In this document: in pieces, positions 49,206 through 58,161 of the stretch | How positions within the stretch are numbered: the stretch's first letter is position 1 | Layout of the letters: each line of letters starts with the position of its first letter | Source of the DNA: an uncultured Schaedlerella sp. | GTDB taxonomy: Bacteria > Bacillota > Clostridia > Lachnospirales > Lachnospiraceae | Reading direction: 5' to 3' | NCBI GenBank assembly: GCA_963559385.1 | Contig: CAUWKK010000003.1 | Location: 29,958-93,957 of the forward strand | DNA length: 64,000 bases | The notes under the pieces: generated by a model | What the model was told of the DNA's origin: nothing | Databases searched by the model: none | What the model saw: only the letters and a program-made list of their open reading frames with translations | Made by a program: the position numbers and the translations under genes

Positions 49206-50018
49206 ATGTTGTGGACTGAAGAAATGTTCGGAGTAAAAAAACCTATTATTGCAATGCTGCACTTGGATGCACTCCCGGGAGATCCGTGGTTTAAAAGTGG
49301 AGGCGATATGGATGCAGTAGTTGAACATGCGAGGGCAGATTTGCATGCTTTACAAGAGGGAGGAGTAGACGGAATCATATTTAGTAACGAATTTAGCCTT
49401 CCTTATCAGAGAGAGATGGATATGGTAACACCTGCAGCTATGGCATATGTAATTGGAAATCTTCGTTCAGAGATTAAGGTACCTTTTGGGGTGGATGCGA
49501 TCAGTGATGGACGAGCATGTTTGGAACTTGCGGCTGCGGTAAAAGCAAAATTTGTGCGCGGTACTTTTTGTGGTGTGTATGTAGGGGATGGAGGACTTTA
49601 TAATAATGATTTTAGTGCATTATTAAGAAGAAAAGCGGCTCTTCCGTTGGATGATTTGAAGATGCTGTACTTCATCAATCCGGAATCTGATCGGAATCTT
49701 GATACAAGACCGTTGGCAGATATTGCAAAATCGACAATATCGAAGGCTTCGCCGGATGGACTTTGTATTTCAGCAAATGCAGCAGGACAGGATGTGGATG
49801 ATGCCTTGATTGCAAGTGTAAAAGAAGCAAATCCGAATGTAGTGGTATTGTGCAATACCGGATGCCGGGTAAATACAATTGAGCAGAAATTGAGAACGGC
49901 GGATGCCGCTGTTGTTGGAACTACATTTAAGAAGGACGGCATATTTGAGAATCGTGTAGATATAGAACGTGTTAAAGAATTTATGCAGGTAGTTTATAAT
50001 TATCGAGAAACTCTATGA
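49206..50018 (+). CDS. BtpA/SgcQ-family protein, copy 2
   Basis: Same length as the ORF at 30658 (270 aa), no indels, and about 30 substitutions by manual alignment. Confidence 0.85.
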   Translation: MLWTEEMFGVKKPIIAMLHLDALPGDPWFKSGGDMDAVVEHARADLHALQEGGVDGIIFSNEFSLPYQREMDMVTPAAMAYVIGNLRSEIKVPFGVDAISDGRACLELAAAVKAKFVRGTFCGVYVGDGGLYNNDFSALLRRKAALPLDDLKMLYFINPESDRNLDTRPLADIAKSTISKASPDGLCISANAAGQDVDDALIASVKEANPNVVVLCNTGCRVNTIEQKLRTADAAVVGTTFKKDGIFENRVDIERVKEFMQVVYNYRETL

Positions 50019-50041
50019 TACAGTTGCGAAAGGTGAATAGC

Positions 50042-51547
50042 ATGTATTTAATTGGAATTGATAATGGCGGAAGTGAAATCAAATGCGCAGTGTTTGATTT
50101 AAAAGGAAATGAACTTGCGGTTGCGCATGCACAAGTACCTATGGATATACCGAAAAAAGGATTTACTGAACGAGATGCAGAGGCTGTATGGGAAGCGAAT
50201 GTGAAAGTGATTAGAGATGCTATAGAAGAGGCTGGAATTCCGGGGAATGAAGTTGCGGCAGTGGGGTTGACAGGGTATGGTAATGGAATGATATTGGTTG
50301 ATGAGAAAAAAGAACCGGTATATCCGGCAATTGTATCAACGGATGAACGTGCCGGTGCATATTGCCAGAAGTTCAATAAAGATGGAACGAATGCGAAAAT
50401 TTTTCCGTATACACTGCAAACTACATGGTCAGCACAGCCGGCGGCTATGTTGCCGTGGTTTAGGGACAACAGACCTGAAATATTGGAAAAAACTCGTTGG
50501 ATATTATCGGTGAAAGATTTTATCAGACTTCGTCTGACAGGAGCAATTGCAGGAGAAATCACGGATGCTTCTTCGGGATGCCTTGTGAATTTGGATACGC
50601 GGAAGTATGATAAACGTATTTTTGAAATTCTTCAGATTGAAGATTGCTATGAAAAGATGCCGCCGATTTTAGAAAGTACGGATATTAGTGGTTTTATTAC
50701 CGGAGAAGCAGCCGGTTTAACAGGATTAGCTGAAGGAACACCGGTAGCGGCCGGATATTTTGACATTGATGCAAATGCACTTGCGAGCGGTGTGCTGTCG
50801 GAGGATGAATTGTGTCTGATTGCTGGTACGTGGTCGATTAATGAGTATCTGAGTAAAGAAGCTCCGAGGGAAATTGAAAAAAAACAAAACACAGTAACGC
50901 TTAGTTATTTGAAAGACTATTATATAATAGAAGATTCTACGCCTACATCAGCAAGTAATTTTAACTGGTTTATTCGAAATTTGCTTATTAAAGACCGGCA
51001 GGAAGTTTCTATGTCACAGATTTACGAGGAGTGTAATCAAATCGTAGCGTCTATAGAACCGGAAGACAGTGATGTGATTTTTGTACCTTATCTTTTTGGG
51101 AGTGCGACAGACGAAAATGCAAAGGCGGCATTTTTGAATCTTGCAGGTGGTGATGACAGAGATAAAATGCTCCGTGCGGTTTATGAAGGAGTTGTATTCT
51201 CAAGTACACATCATGTATATAATCTTAAACGGCCGCTTGATACATATACAAAAGCGAGATTGTCAGGGGGAATATCAAATAGTGAAGTCTGGTCACAAAT
51301 GATGAGTGATGTTTTGCAGATGCCGATTGAGACTTTGAAGTGCGGAGAACCCGGGGCAAAAGGAGCGGCTATGGGAGCGGGAGTATCGTGTGGGATTTTT
51401 TCCAATCTTAAGGATGCTGTGGAAAATATGGTGCATGTAGGGAAAATGTATATGCCAAGAACAGAATATACACAGATATATGCAGAAAAATTCCGTCGTT
51501 ATGAGGCTGCCCTAAAAGCGGTTGATTTGCTTGCAGAACAGATATAA
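50042..51547 (+). CDS. FGGY-family carbohydrate kinase
   Basis: IGIDNGGSEIK N-terminus and C-terminal LSGGISNSEVWSQMM. ATG 50042 sits behind AAAGGTGA. ATG 50015 (an ATGA overlap) is an alternative start. Confidence 0.85.
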   Translation: MYLIGIDNGGSEIKCAVFDLKGNELAVAHAQVPMDIPKKGFTERDAEAVWEANVKVIRDAIEEAGIPGNEVAAVGLTGYGNGMILVDEKKEPVYPAIVSTDERAGAYCQKFNKDGTNAKIFPYTLQTTWSAQPAAMLPWFRDNRPEILEKTRWILSVKDFIRLRLTGAIAGEITDASSGCLVNLDTRKYDKRIFEILQIEDCYEKMPPILESTDISGFITGEAAGLTGLAEGTPVAAGYFDIDANALASGVLSEDELCLIAGTWSINEYLSKEAPREIEKKQNTVTLSYLKDYYIIEDSTPTSASNFNWFIRNLLIKDRQEVSMSQIYEECNQIVASIEPEDSDVIFVPYLFGSATDENAKAAFLNLAGGDDRDKMLRAVYEGVVFSSTHHVYNLKRPLDTYTKARLSGGISNSEVWSQMMSDVLQMPIETLKCGEPGAKGAAMGAGVSCGIFSNLKDAVENMVHVGKMYMPRTEYTQIYAEKFRRYEAALKAVDLLAEQI

Positions 51548-51559
51548 GGGAGGGGTAGT

Positions 51560-52231
51560 ATGTTTACAGTAAGTCCATCTCTTTATTCAGCGGATTTGCT
51601 GAATCTGAGAGAAATAATAAGAAGTTTGAGGGGATTTGAGCATTTGCATTTGGACATTGATGATGGTAATTTTGTCCGGGGAATTAGTTTTGGAATGGAT
51701 TTAATTAATAAAATTCCCGAATGTACAGATATTCCTTTGGACGCGCACTTGGAAGTGCTTAACCCAATGGATTATGTTAAACCTCTGTGTGAAGTCGGGG
51801 TAGAGATGATATGTGCACATGTAGAAGCATTGGAGTTTCCGAGCTTATTTTTAAGCAGTGTGCATCAATATGGAAAGAAGGCAGGGCTGGCATTGAACAT
51901 TAAGACTCCGGTTTTTTATGTAGAGCCTTATGCAGATCAGATTGAACAATTAATTATTGTTTCATGTGAAGCAGATGTAGAGGGACTTCCGTTTCGTCCG
52001 GGAGTGCTAAAGAAAATCGAAACAGCCCGAAGGATTTTAGGAGAACATGTAAAAGTCTGGGTGGATGGGGGAGTAAACGAAGTAAATCTTAAAAGCGTGA
52101 TTGAAGCCGGCGCTGATGGGATTGTAGTTGGACGGGCAGTGTTTGGAAAAAATGATCCGTCAAATGCCTATGCCCATCTGTTGGAACTTGGAAGACGTTA
52201 TGAAAGGGAGTGCAGAAAAAATGCAATATGA
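51560..52231 (+). CDS. Ribulose-phosphate 3-epimerase family protein (SgcE / allulose-6-phosphate epimerase-like)
   Basis: SPSLYSADLLNL, HLDIDDGNFV, DAHLEV and VDGGVN motifs. Confidence 0.85.
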   Translation: MFTVSPSLYSADLLNLREIIRSLRGFEHLHLDIDDGNFVRGISFGMDLINKIPECTDIPLDAHLEVLNPMDYVKPLCEVGVEMICAHVEALEFPSLFLSSVHQYGKKAGLALNIKTPVFYVEPYADQIEQLIIVSCEADVEGLPFRPGVLKKIETARRILGEHVKVWVDGGVNEVNLKSVIEAGADGIVVGRAVFGKNDPSNAYAHLLELGRRYERECRKNAI

Positions 52232-52712
52232 AAAAGAACGACAGAAACTGATTGAATGTGCACGCACAATGGAAAGATATGGGTTGGTTATGCTTTCTGG
52301 AGGGAATGTCAGTATGCGTATTACAGAAAATTCATTTCTGGTGACTCCTTCAGCGATGCCTTATGATACAATGATGCCGGAGGATATTGTTCTGATAGAT
52401 GCTGATGGAAATGTTTTGGAAGGGGTACGGCGTCCGACTAGCGATATGTTGGCAATCTTGTATATTTTTGCACATATGCCTGATGTGAATGTGGTACTTC
52501 ATACCCATCAGCCGCAGGCAGTAGCAGTTAGCCTTGTGGCTGATTACCTTCCGGTGATTTCCACTACCATGGTAGATGAACTGCATGCAGAGGTGCCGGT
52601 AGCGCCCTTTACAATCAGCAGTGATATAGGGATGGGAATTGCTGTAATGGAACATGTGGGGAAAGCACTTGCAGTAATTTTGAAACATCACGGAGGTAAA
52701 GTATTAAGATAA
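52221..52712 (+). pseudogene. Class II aldolase/adducin-family gene (FucA/AraD-like), apparently truncated at its 3' end
   Basis: GGNVSMR, LHTHQP and the conserved ...KHHG are present, followed by 5 unrelated codons and a stop. The product is 163 aa versus roughly 210-230 aa for the family. Confidence 0.65.
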
Positions 52713-52754
52713 ATGCGAAAGGAGTAATAAAACTCACTTCGCATTATCTTTTTT
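52712..52754 (+). terminator. Hairpin plus T tract at the chromosome/element junction
   Basis: AATGCGAA (52712-52719) pairs with TTCGCATT (52738-52745), followed by ATCTTTTTT. Confidence 0.6.
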
Positions 52755-52834
52755 AAATGAAAAGAGAATGAGATGCGTTGGAGTTTGAAAGGCTCTGGCG
52801 CATTTTTTATTGCAAAGAGATAAGGAGGAAAACA

Positions 52835-53032
52835 ATGGCAACAAAACGACCGAGAAAGGCATATAAGAGAATTAATTTTGAGGACAGAAAGGAAATCGAG
52901 AGATTAAATGCACAAGGAAAAACTGTGGATGAAATGGCTAAGGCAATTGGAGTACATGTGGCAACGATGTATCGAGAACTTGCCAGAGGTGGAGAACCGT
53001 ATAAAGCAGAGGTTGCACAGCACACCATCTGA
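52835..53032 (+). CDS. Small helix-turn-helix protein (IS30-type HTH_38-like, no catalytic domain)
   Basis: RKEIERLNAQGKTVDEMAKAIGVHVATMYRELARG. AAGGAGG RBS. Confidence 0.65.
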   Translation: MATKRPRKAYKRINFEDRKEIERLNAQGKTVDEMAKAIGVHVATMYRELARGGEPYKAEVAQHTI

Positions 53033-53115
53033 ATAAAAATCGAAGTGCAGAAATATACAGAGGGCACAGAATATTCCGAGATAAAAATTTTTTCTGTTGA
53101 AACAGTAGGGAGAGG

Positions 53116-53433
53116 ATGATGAAAAGAGGTGAGAAGATGTTGCGAAATGTAAAAGATTTCTCTCTGGGGGTTTTGGGATTAGGGTCAGCTTATCTTGCGC
53201 TTGTCATGGGAACTCCCGGAGAGAATATAAAAGGAATCATTGAAAATTCTCAGTTTGTGCAGTGTGTGATTATTGTGGTTTTGGTAGCGGCTGTTACATA
53301 TTTTTTGTCGGAATGGCGGCTAAAAGAGAAACGGTGGCGAATACAAGTAAGAAAAAAGGCGCACCTGCTGGGAACAGATGCACCAAAGGTTTGTGTAAAG
53401 TACACAAGTAAATTAAATACAAAAGTATCTTAG
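53116..53433 (+). CDS. Small membrane protein with two predicted TM helices, function unknown
   Basis: Hydrophobic segments LGVLGLGSAYLALVMG and VQCVIIVVLVAAVTYFL. The start may be 53137. Confidence 0.5.
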   Translation: MMKRGEKMLRNVKDFSLGVLGLGSAYLALVMGTPGENIKGIIENSQFVQCVIIVVLVAAVTYFLSEWRLKEKRWRIQVRKKAHLLGTDAPKVCVKYTSKLNTKVS

Positions 53434-53493
53434 CACATAAGAAACACTTACGTCAAGAGGAAGAAATTCGTTAAGCTGAAAGGAATGTAGAGG

Positions 53494-54183
53494 ATGGAAG
53501 AGAAGAATTATATAACGGTATGCATGTTTTTTAAAATTAAAGATTCAGAAGATTTCGGCGGTATTGGAAGCGTTGGATATTTAGAAAGCAATTTTGAAGT
53601 TTCTTCAAAGCTGTACGAAGAAATTAGCTTTCAGAAATATGTAGAAATGCAGAAAGAATTAAAAGCACGCCTTCATAAAGTACCTGTGGAGAGTATTCAA
53701 GTGATTTCCAAGAAAGAATATGAAGAATGTTGTATGAGTGCAGCACCTCATTCTTTGGAGAGTGAAGCTGTTTCATCTGTGAAATTAAGAGAGCCGAAAG
53801 AGTATGAAAAACCTTATTTTACTGAGTTGGCAGAGCATTTAGCAACATTTTTTTATGGTTGGTTTTTGAATGATTTTACGTTGATTGATAAAAGTTCGCA
53901 AGAGATAAAACAGGAATGGGAAGAGGATGACCGTACATGTTATTTTTTTGTAGCTGATGAACTTATGAGTGCGAAGTTTTTTGATGATTATGTTCAATTG
54001 AAAGATAAATATGGCTGCATAGGAAATTTTGAGTGGTCTTATCTGGCATCCGAGACATGGTCGCAATGGAACACGAAGATACGAAAGACGCATGAAGATT
54101 TTTTTAAAAGCGGGAAATATCGGGAAATTTTTGAAAAGTCAGTTGAAGTTGGAAGAAATTATATAAAATCAAAAAACTGTTAG
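53494..54183 (+). CDS. Hypothetical protein, 229 aa, no recognised motif
   Basis: A long ORF in AT-rich DNA, where stops are frequent. Acidic/aromatic composition. Confidence 0.55.
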   Translation: MEEKNYITVCMFFKIKDSEDFGGIGSVGYLESNFEVSSKLYEEISFQKYVEMQKELKARLHKVPVESIQVISKKEYEECCMSAAPHSLESEAVSSVKLREPKEYEKPYFTELAEHLATFFYGWFLNDFTLIDKSSQEIKQEWEEDDRTCYFFVADELMSAKFFDDYVQLKDKYGCIGNFEWSYLASETWSQWNTKIRKTHEDFFKSGKYREIFEKSVEVGRNYIKSKNC

Positions 54184-54375
54184 TACTGATAGAAAGGATG
54201 AAATATGAGAAGAACAAGAGACAATGAGAAATTCCGGCACAAGGCTGCAAGCGTTATAAGAAAGCGAAGTGTCAATACCATGTCGGAAAAAACTGCTTCA
54301 AGTTCTGCAATAAAACAGATGCAGCATAAACCGTATACATAAAAATGAAATGTATGCTAGTTAAATTAGGATTTA

Positions 54376-54717
54376 GTGGAGGTAATGGGTGAAATGGGAA
54401 GGTTGACAAAACAGGATGAACAGGGAAACTGGTGCCTGAGAGGTCTACCGTGGAAAGATACCTATGTGGGGGAGGTCATTACAGAGAACACAAGGGAAAA
54501 GATATATGGTGCGCTGTGCAAGCTGAAAGACTACGAGGAGAGCAGTCTGGATCCGGAAGGAGCATACAGGCTGAAAGAAAGGGATACACCAGAGAAGTTG
54601 AATCGGAATATTTTTGATGAAGATAGTATGACATGTATCTGCGGTTCAGATATAGATAAAGATGAGGGATATAGATTTTGTCCTTGGTGTGGGCAGAGGT
54701 TAGATTGGAGTGAGTGA
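54376..54717 (+). CDS. Hypothetical protein with a C-terminal zinc ribbon
   Basis: CICGS...CPWCG. The likely start is 54394 (MGRLTKQDE), 11 nt after GGAGG. Confidence 0.55.
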   Translation: MEVMGEMGRLTKQDEQGNWCLRGLPWKDTYVGEVITENTREKIYGALCKLKDYEESSLDPEGAYRLKERDTPEKLNRNIFDEDSMTCICGSDIDKDEGYRFCPWCGQRLDWSE

Positions 54718-54907
54718 TTAGGTGGACGAAAAGAAAGTGAGAGAAGCGATATATTGTATGAAATCGTTTGTCGATGAAACAGTATGTGAAAGAAGGTGAT
54801 GCATTGAGCAGAACAAATGAATCTGAGTTTAGTCGTAAGTAAGGCGGTTATTCCATATCCCGTATATAAAAATAAAAAATATAACTCATAAAAAGGAGAA
54901 ATACAAA

Positions 54908-55684
54908 ATGTTAAAACCAATTCCCAAAGAACAAATTTATAATTTTGAATCAAATTGTAAAAGAATGGACGAAGAAATTAAGCAAGAGTTTGAGCGGCTT
55001 TACCAAAAATATCAAGGGGAATATTTAATATATTTTCTCTTTGAATACATGTGGGAATATCAATTCAATAATATTTCTGTAAAAATTCTTTTACATAGGA
55101 ATACTGGAATAGAAGAAATTACACCGATAAAGATTCGGCATATTTGGCCGAACAAAGCATACTTTTCGGCATGTCTACGAAAAGGACGAAAAGCTGGAAA
55201 CGGTATTTTACTCCCCTTTAAATCATTAGAAGAGTTGCAAGGCATCAAGTGTATTGAAGCGTTTTGGGCGATTGAAGCTTTGGATTCACAGCAAAGGGGA
55301 TTTTTGAAAATCGTACATGTAAAATACGATTTAGAGTTTAAGCAATTGCAAGGTGGTAGATTTTTTGGATTCCATAGTAAGGAATGGCCATTTGAAAAAT
55401 TAAAAAAACAAGATTCTGATCGCGCACCTGCTTTCCCAAGTCTTGATAGTTACCGGGCTGGAAAAAAACTTTATATAGAAAAAGATAAATCGACGACAGC
55501 GGATGAACTTCTTTTTGGATGGGTGGATATCAGCGAAAGTCAGTTGTCGAAAGAGGTATCGAAGGTATATACATTGTTCGGGGATCTGATTCATAAATTT
55601 GATGAGAAATTTATATATGAATCGTATTTCGGGCGGAATGTGGTAACAGACAATGATATTTATGGGTTAATATTTATCTGGTGA
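54908..55684 (+). CDS. Hypothetical protein, 258 aa, no recognised motif
   Basis: AAAAGGAGA RBS and a long ORF in markedly AT-rich DNA. Confidence 0.55.
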   Translation: MLKPIPKEQIYNFESNCKRMDEEIKQEFERLYQKYQGEYLIYFLFEYMWEYQFNNISVKILLHRNTGIEEITPIKIRHIWPNKAYFSACLRKGRKAGNGILLPFKSLEELQGIKCIEAFWAIEALDSQQRGFLKIVHVKYDLEFKQLQGGRFFGFHSKEWPFEKLKKQDSDRAPAFPSLDSYRAGKKLYIEKDKSTTADELLFGWVDISESQLSKEVSKVYTLFGDLIHKFDEKFIYESYFGRNVVTDNDIYGLIFIW

Positions 55685-55848
55685 TTACAAAGTCAACTAC
55701 TCGGCATTGAAATACCGACCGTATGGCATACGGAGTCAGCTCAGGAATTCCAGAATCGTTAGGTTCCTTGAATGAGAAATCTCCGCTTCATTAACTGGTG
55801 GAAACATCTCACTACACAGACTAATGCGGATTTGTTGGAGGTGGAAGA

Positions 55849-56082
55849 TTGAAACGGTATAAGTGCAAGAAGTCATTCTGTGTTGATAAATACGATGATG
55901 ACGGATTTCTAATTGAAAACAGTTCAATTGTCATTGAAGAGGGAACGATTTACGAATTAGATGAAAGCGGTCACATGATGATTGGTGGAAAAGACCATGT
56001 TCATCTTGATTCTGTTGATAATGGTTTGTGGATAGAGATTACAAAAGAACACTTAGAAGAATATTTTGAGGTATTAAACTGA
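55849..56082 (+). CDS. Hypothetical acidic protein, 77 aa
   Basis: TTG start 4 nt after GGAGGTGG. Confidence 0.45.
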   Translation: MKRYKCKKSFCVDKYDDDGFLIENSSIVIEEGTIYELDESGHMMIGGKDHVHLDSVDNGLWIEITKEHLEEYFEVLN

Positions 56083-56099
56083 AATTTAGGAGGAGAAAC

Positions 56100-56246
56100 A
56101 TGAACCAATATGATGTATCCGGAATATTAATGACGTATTCCACGAGAGCGAGACATGCGCAAGATAAAGAGCATTTAAAAGATATTATCCGTGAACTTAA
56201 ACAAGAACTTGATTTAAGGAAAATCGAGAAAAATATAAACAGATAG
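56100..56246 (+). CDS. Small ORF, 48 aa, not in the supplied track
   Basis: TAGGAGGAGAAACA followed by ATG. It encodes MNQYDVSGILMTYSTRARHAQDKEHLKDIIRELKQELDLRKIEKNINR with a predicted helical C-terminus. Confidence 0.45.
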   Translation: MNQYDVSGILMTYSTRARHAQDKEHLKDIIRELKQELDLRKIEKNINR

Positions 56247-56263
56247 GTGCTGTAATATTTTTA

Positions 56264-56278
56264 TGCCGAATTTCGGCA
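56264..56278. repeat. Palindrome TGCCGAAtTTCGGCA, copy 1, in the promoter region of ssb
   Basis: Perfect 7+1+7 inverted repeat. Confidence 0.9.
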
Positions 56279-56330
56279 AAAATTATAAAGAACTGTTCCG
56301 GTGCAGAACATCGGGAGAAAGGAAGATACT

Positions 56331-56756
56331 ATGAATAAAGTTGTTTTATTAGGAAGACTGACAAAAGATCCAGAAGTGAGATATTCACAAGGAGAAAATG
56401 CTATCGCAATTGCAAGATATACGGTAGCTGTCAATAGAAGATTTAAAAGAGAGAATGAGCCGGAAGCTGATTTTATCAACTGTGTTGTTTTTGGAAAATC
56501 AGCCGAATTTGCAGAGCAATACTTTCGCAAAGGTATGAGAGTTTCTGTTGCAGGGCGTATACAGACTGGAAGTTATACGAACAGGGAGGGGGTACGCATT
56601 TACACAACGGAAATCGTTGTAGAAGAACAAGAATTTGCAGAAAGCAGGGCAGAGCAGAACCGGAATGCGAATACGACATTAAACCCTGCAAGTGAGATAG
56701 GGGACGGTTTCATGAATATACCGGATGGGTTTGACGAGGAACTTCCTTTTAATTAA
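56331..56756 (+). CDS. ssb: Single-stranded DNA-binding protein
   Basis: MNKVVLLGRLTKDPEVRYSQ OB-fold N-terminus and an acidic C-terminal tip DEELPF. Confidence 0.93.
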   Translation: MNKVVLLGRLTKDPEVRYSQGENAIAIARYTVAVNRRFKRENEPEADFINCVVFGKSAEFAEQYFRKGMRVSVAGRIQTGSYTNREGVRIYTTEIVVEEQEFAESRAEQNRNANTTLNPASEIGDGFMNIPDGFDEELPFN

Positions 56757-56772
56757 ATGAGGAGCGGTATTC

Positions 56773-57360
56773 ATGCAGGGGATAAGCGAAGCGTACATTA
56801 AAAGTATACTGGGGAATCACAAGAAGAAACGTGAAAATATACGGAAACGTATCAAGTTGATACAGGATGAAATCGTCAATACAGATGATATCCTACAATC
56901 GGTTTCCATGAAGAGAGTAATGCTGGATGCAACCGGGGGATCCGGAGGGAAACATAAAGACCTAATGGATGCTATGCTAAGGCATCAGCAATTAGAACGG
57001 CAGCACAGTATGGAATTGATCACAGAAATGTATCACTTGATAGAAGAGGAAGAACGTATCAATCGTGTCATGGTCTGCTTTCGGTCCTTACAGGGGAAAG
57101 AGAGGGGATATATTGAACGTCTCTATGTGAACAAAGAACCCTATAAAACCGTAGAAATGGAAAGTGGATACAGTCATTCCAGATTTGAGTCAATCCGTGC
57201 AAGTGCTTTGAAACACATACAAAAATTATATGCAAGTCCGCTGAGTAATGTGCAGATATTAAAACGTACAAGAACAGAAACAAAAACCGGAAAACATGTG
57301 AAAAGAAAAACCCCTCCGCCGGATGACAAGGAATGTATCCAATTATCATTAAATCTATGA
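56773..57360 (+). CDS. Putative sigma-70 region-4-like or ArpU-like transcription regulator
   Basis: GKERGYIERLYVNKEPYKTVEMESGYSHSRFESIRASALKHI resembles a sigma region-4 HTH. The call is tentative. Confidence 0.45.
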   Translation: MQGISEAYIKSILGNHKKKRENIRKRIKLIQDEIVNTDDILQSVSMKRVMLDATGGSGGKHKDLMDAMLRHQQLERQHSMELITEMYHLIEEEERINRVMVCFRSLQGKERGYIERLYVNKEPYKTVEMESGYSHSRFESIRASALKHIQKLYASPLSNVQILKRTRTETKTGKHVKRKTPPPDDKECIQLSLNL

Positions 57361-57394
57361 AGTAAAGAAAAACGAAAACATACAAAAATACAAA

Positions 57395-57411
57395 ATGCCG
57401 AAATTCGGCAT
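57395..57411. repeat. Palindrome ATGCCGAAaTTCGGCAT, copy 2, immediately upstream of the parA RBS
   Basis: Perfect 8+1+8 inverted repeat. Confidence 0.9.
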
Positions 57412-57429
57412 GGAAAAGGAGAACGAAGA

Positions 57430-58158
57430 ATGAAAACATATGTGATTACGAATTTAAAAGGTGGAGTCGGCAAAACAACTTCTACAGTAAATCTTGGATA
57501 TAGTATGTCTGACTTAAAAAAGCGTGTACTGCTGATCGATGCAGATCCACAGTCAAATTTGACACCATTTTTTACGGTTTCTCATGGGTACGCAGGAAGA
57601 ACAATTTGTGAGATCTTTCAAAATCCGGAAAGAATACAGAATGTGATCGTACAAAGCAAGTACAAAAACATTGATATTATCAAAGGCAGTGTCAAGCTAA
57701 AAGAAAGAGACGCAGAAAATGAACAGGCATTGAAGACGGCGTTGGAAAAGGTAAAAAATGAGTATGATGTTTGTATCATTGATACGCGCCCGGCTTTGGA
57801 ACATATTACCAGAAGTGCGCTTGTAGCAGCGGATGTATTTGTTACTCCGGTACTTTTGGATAATTTCTGCAGGGACAATTTGCTCTTACTGGAAGATGAG
57901 CTTCAAAATATATACGAATGTGAAACGGAAATGAACTGGAAGATTTTTGCAAACAAAGTGGAAAACAGACGGGCGCAAAAGGAAACCTATGCAGATATGG
58001 TAGAGAAGCATGATTGGGAGTTTCTTGAAACGTGTGTCAGTAAAGGTGCAGTCGTTGAAAACGCATTAAAACACTATAAACCGGTGCTGAGACACAGAAG
58101 CAGGAGTATCGTTGCGCAGGATTACATAGATTTGGCAAAGGAACTATTGGAGGTGTAG
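57430..58158 (+). CDS. parA: ParA/Soj-family partition ATPase
   Basis: Deviant Walker A NLKGGVGKTT, and LIDADPQSN. Confidence 0.92.
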   Translation: MKTYVITNLKGGVGKTTSTVNLGYSMSDLKKRVLLIDADPQSNLTPFFTVSHGYAGRTICEIFQNPERIQNVIVQSKYKNIDIIKGSVKLKERDAENEQALKTALEKVKNEYDVCIIDTRPALEHITRSALVAADVFVTPVLLDNFCRDNLLLLEDELQNIYECETEMNWKIFANKVENRRAQKETYADMVEKHDWEFLETCVSKGAVVENALKHYKPVLRHRSRSIVAQDYIDLAKELLEV

Positions 58159-58161
58159 GTC

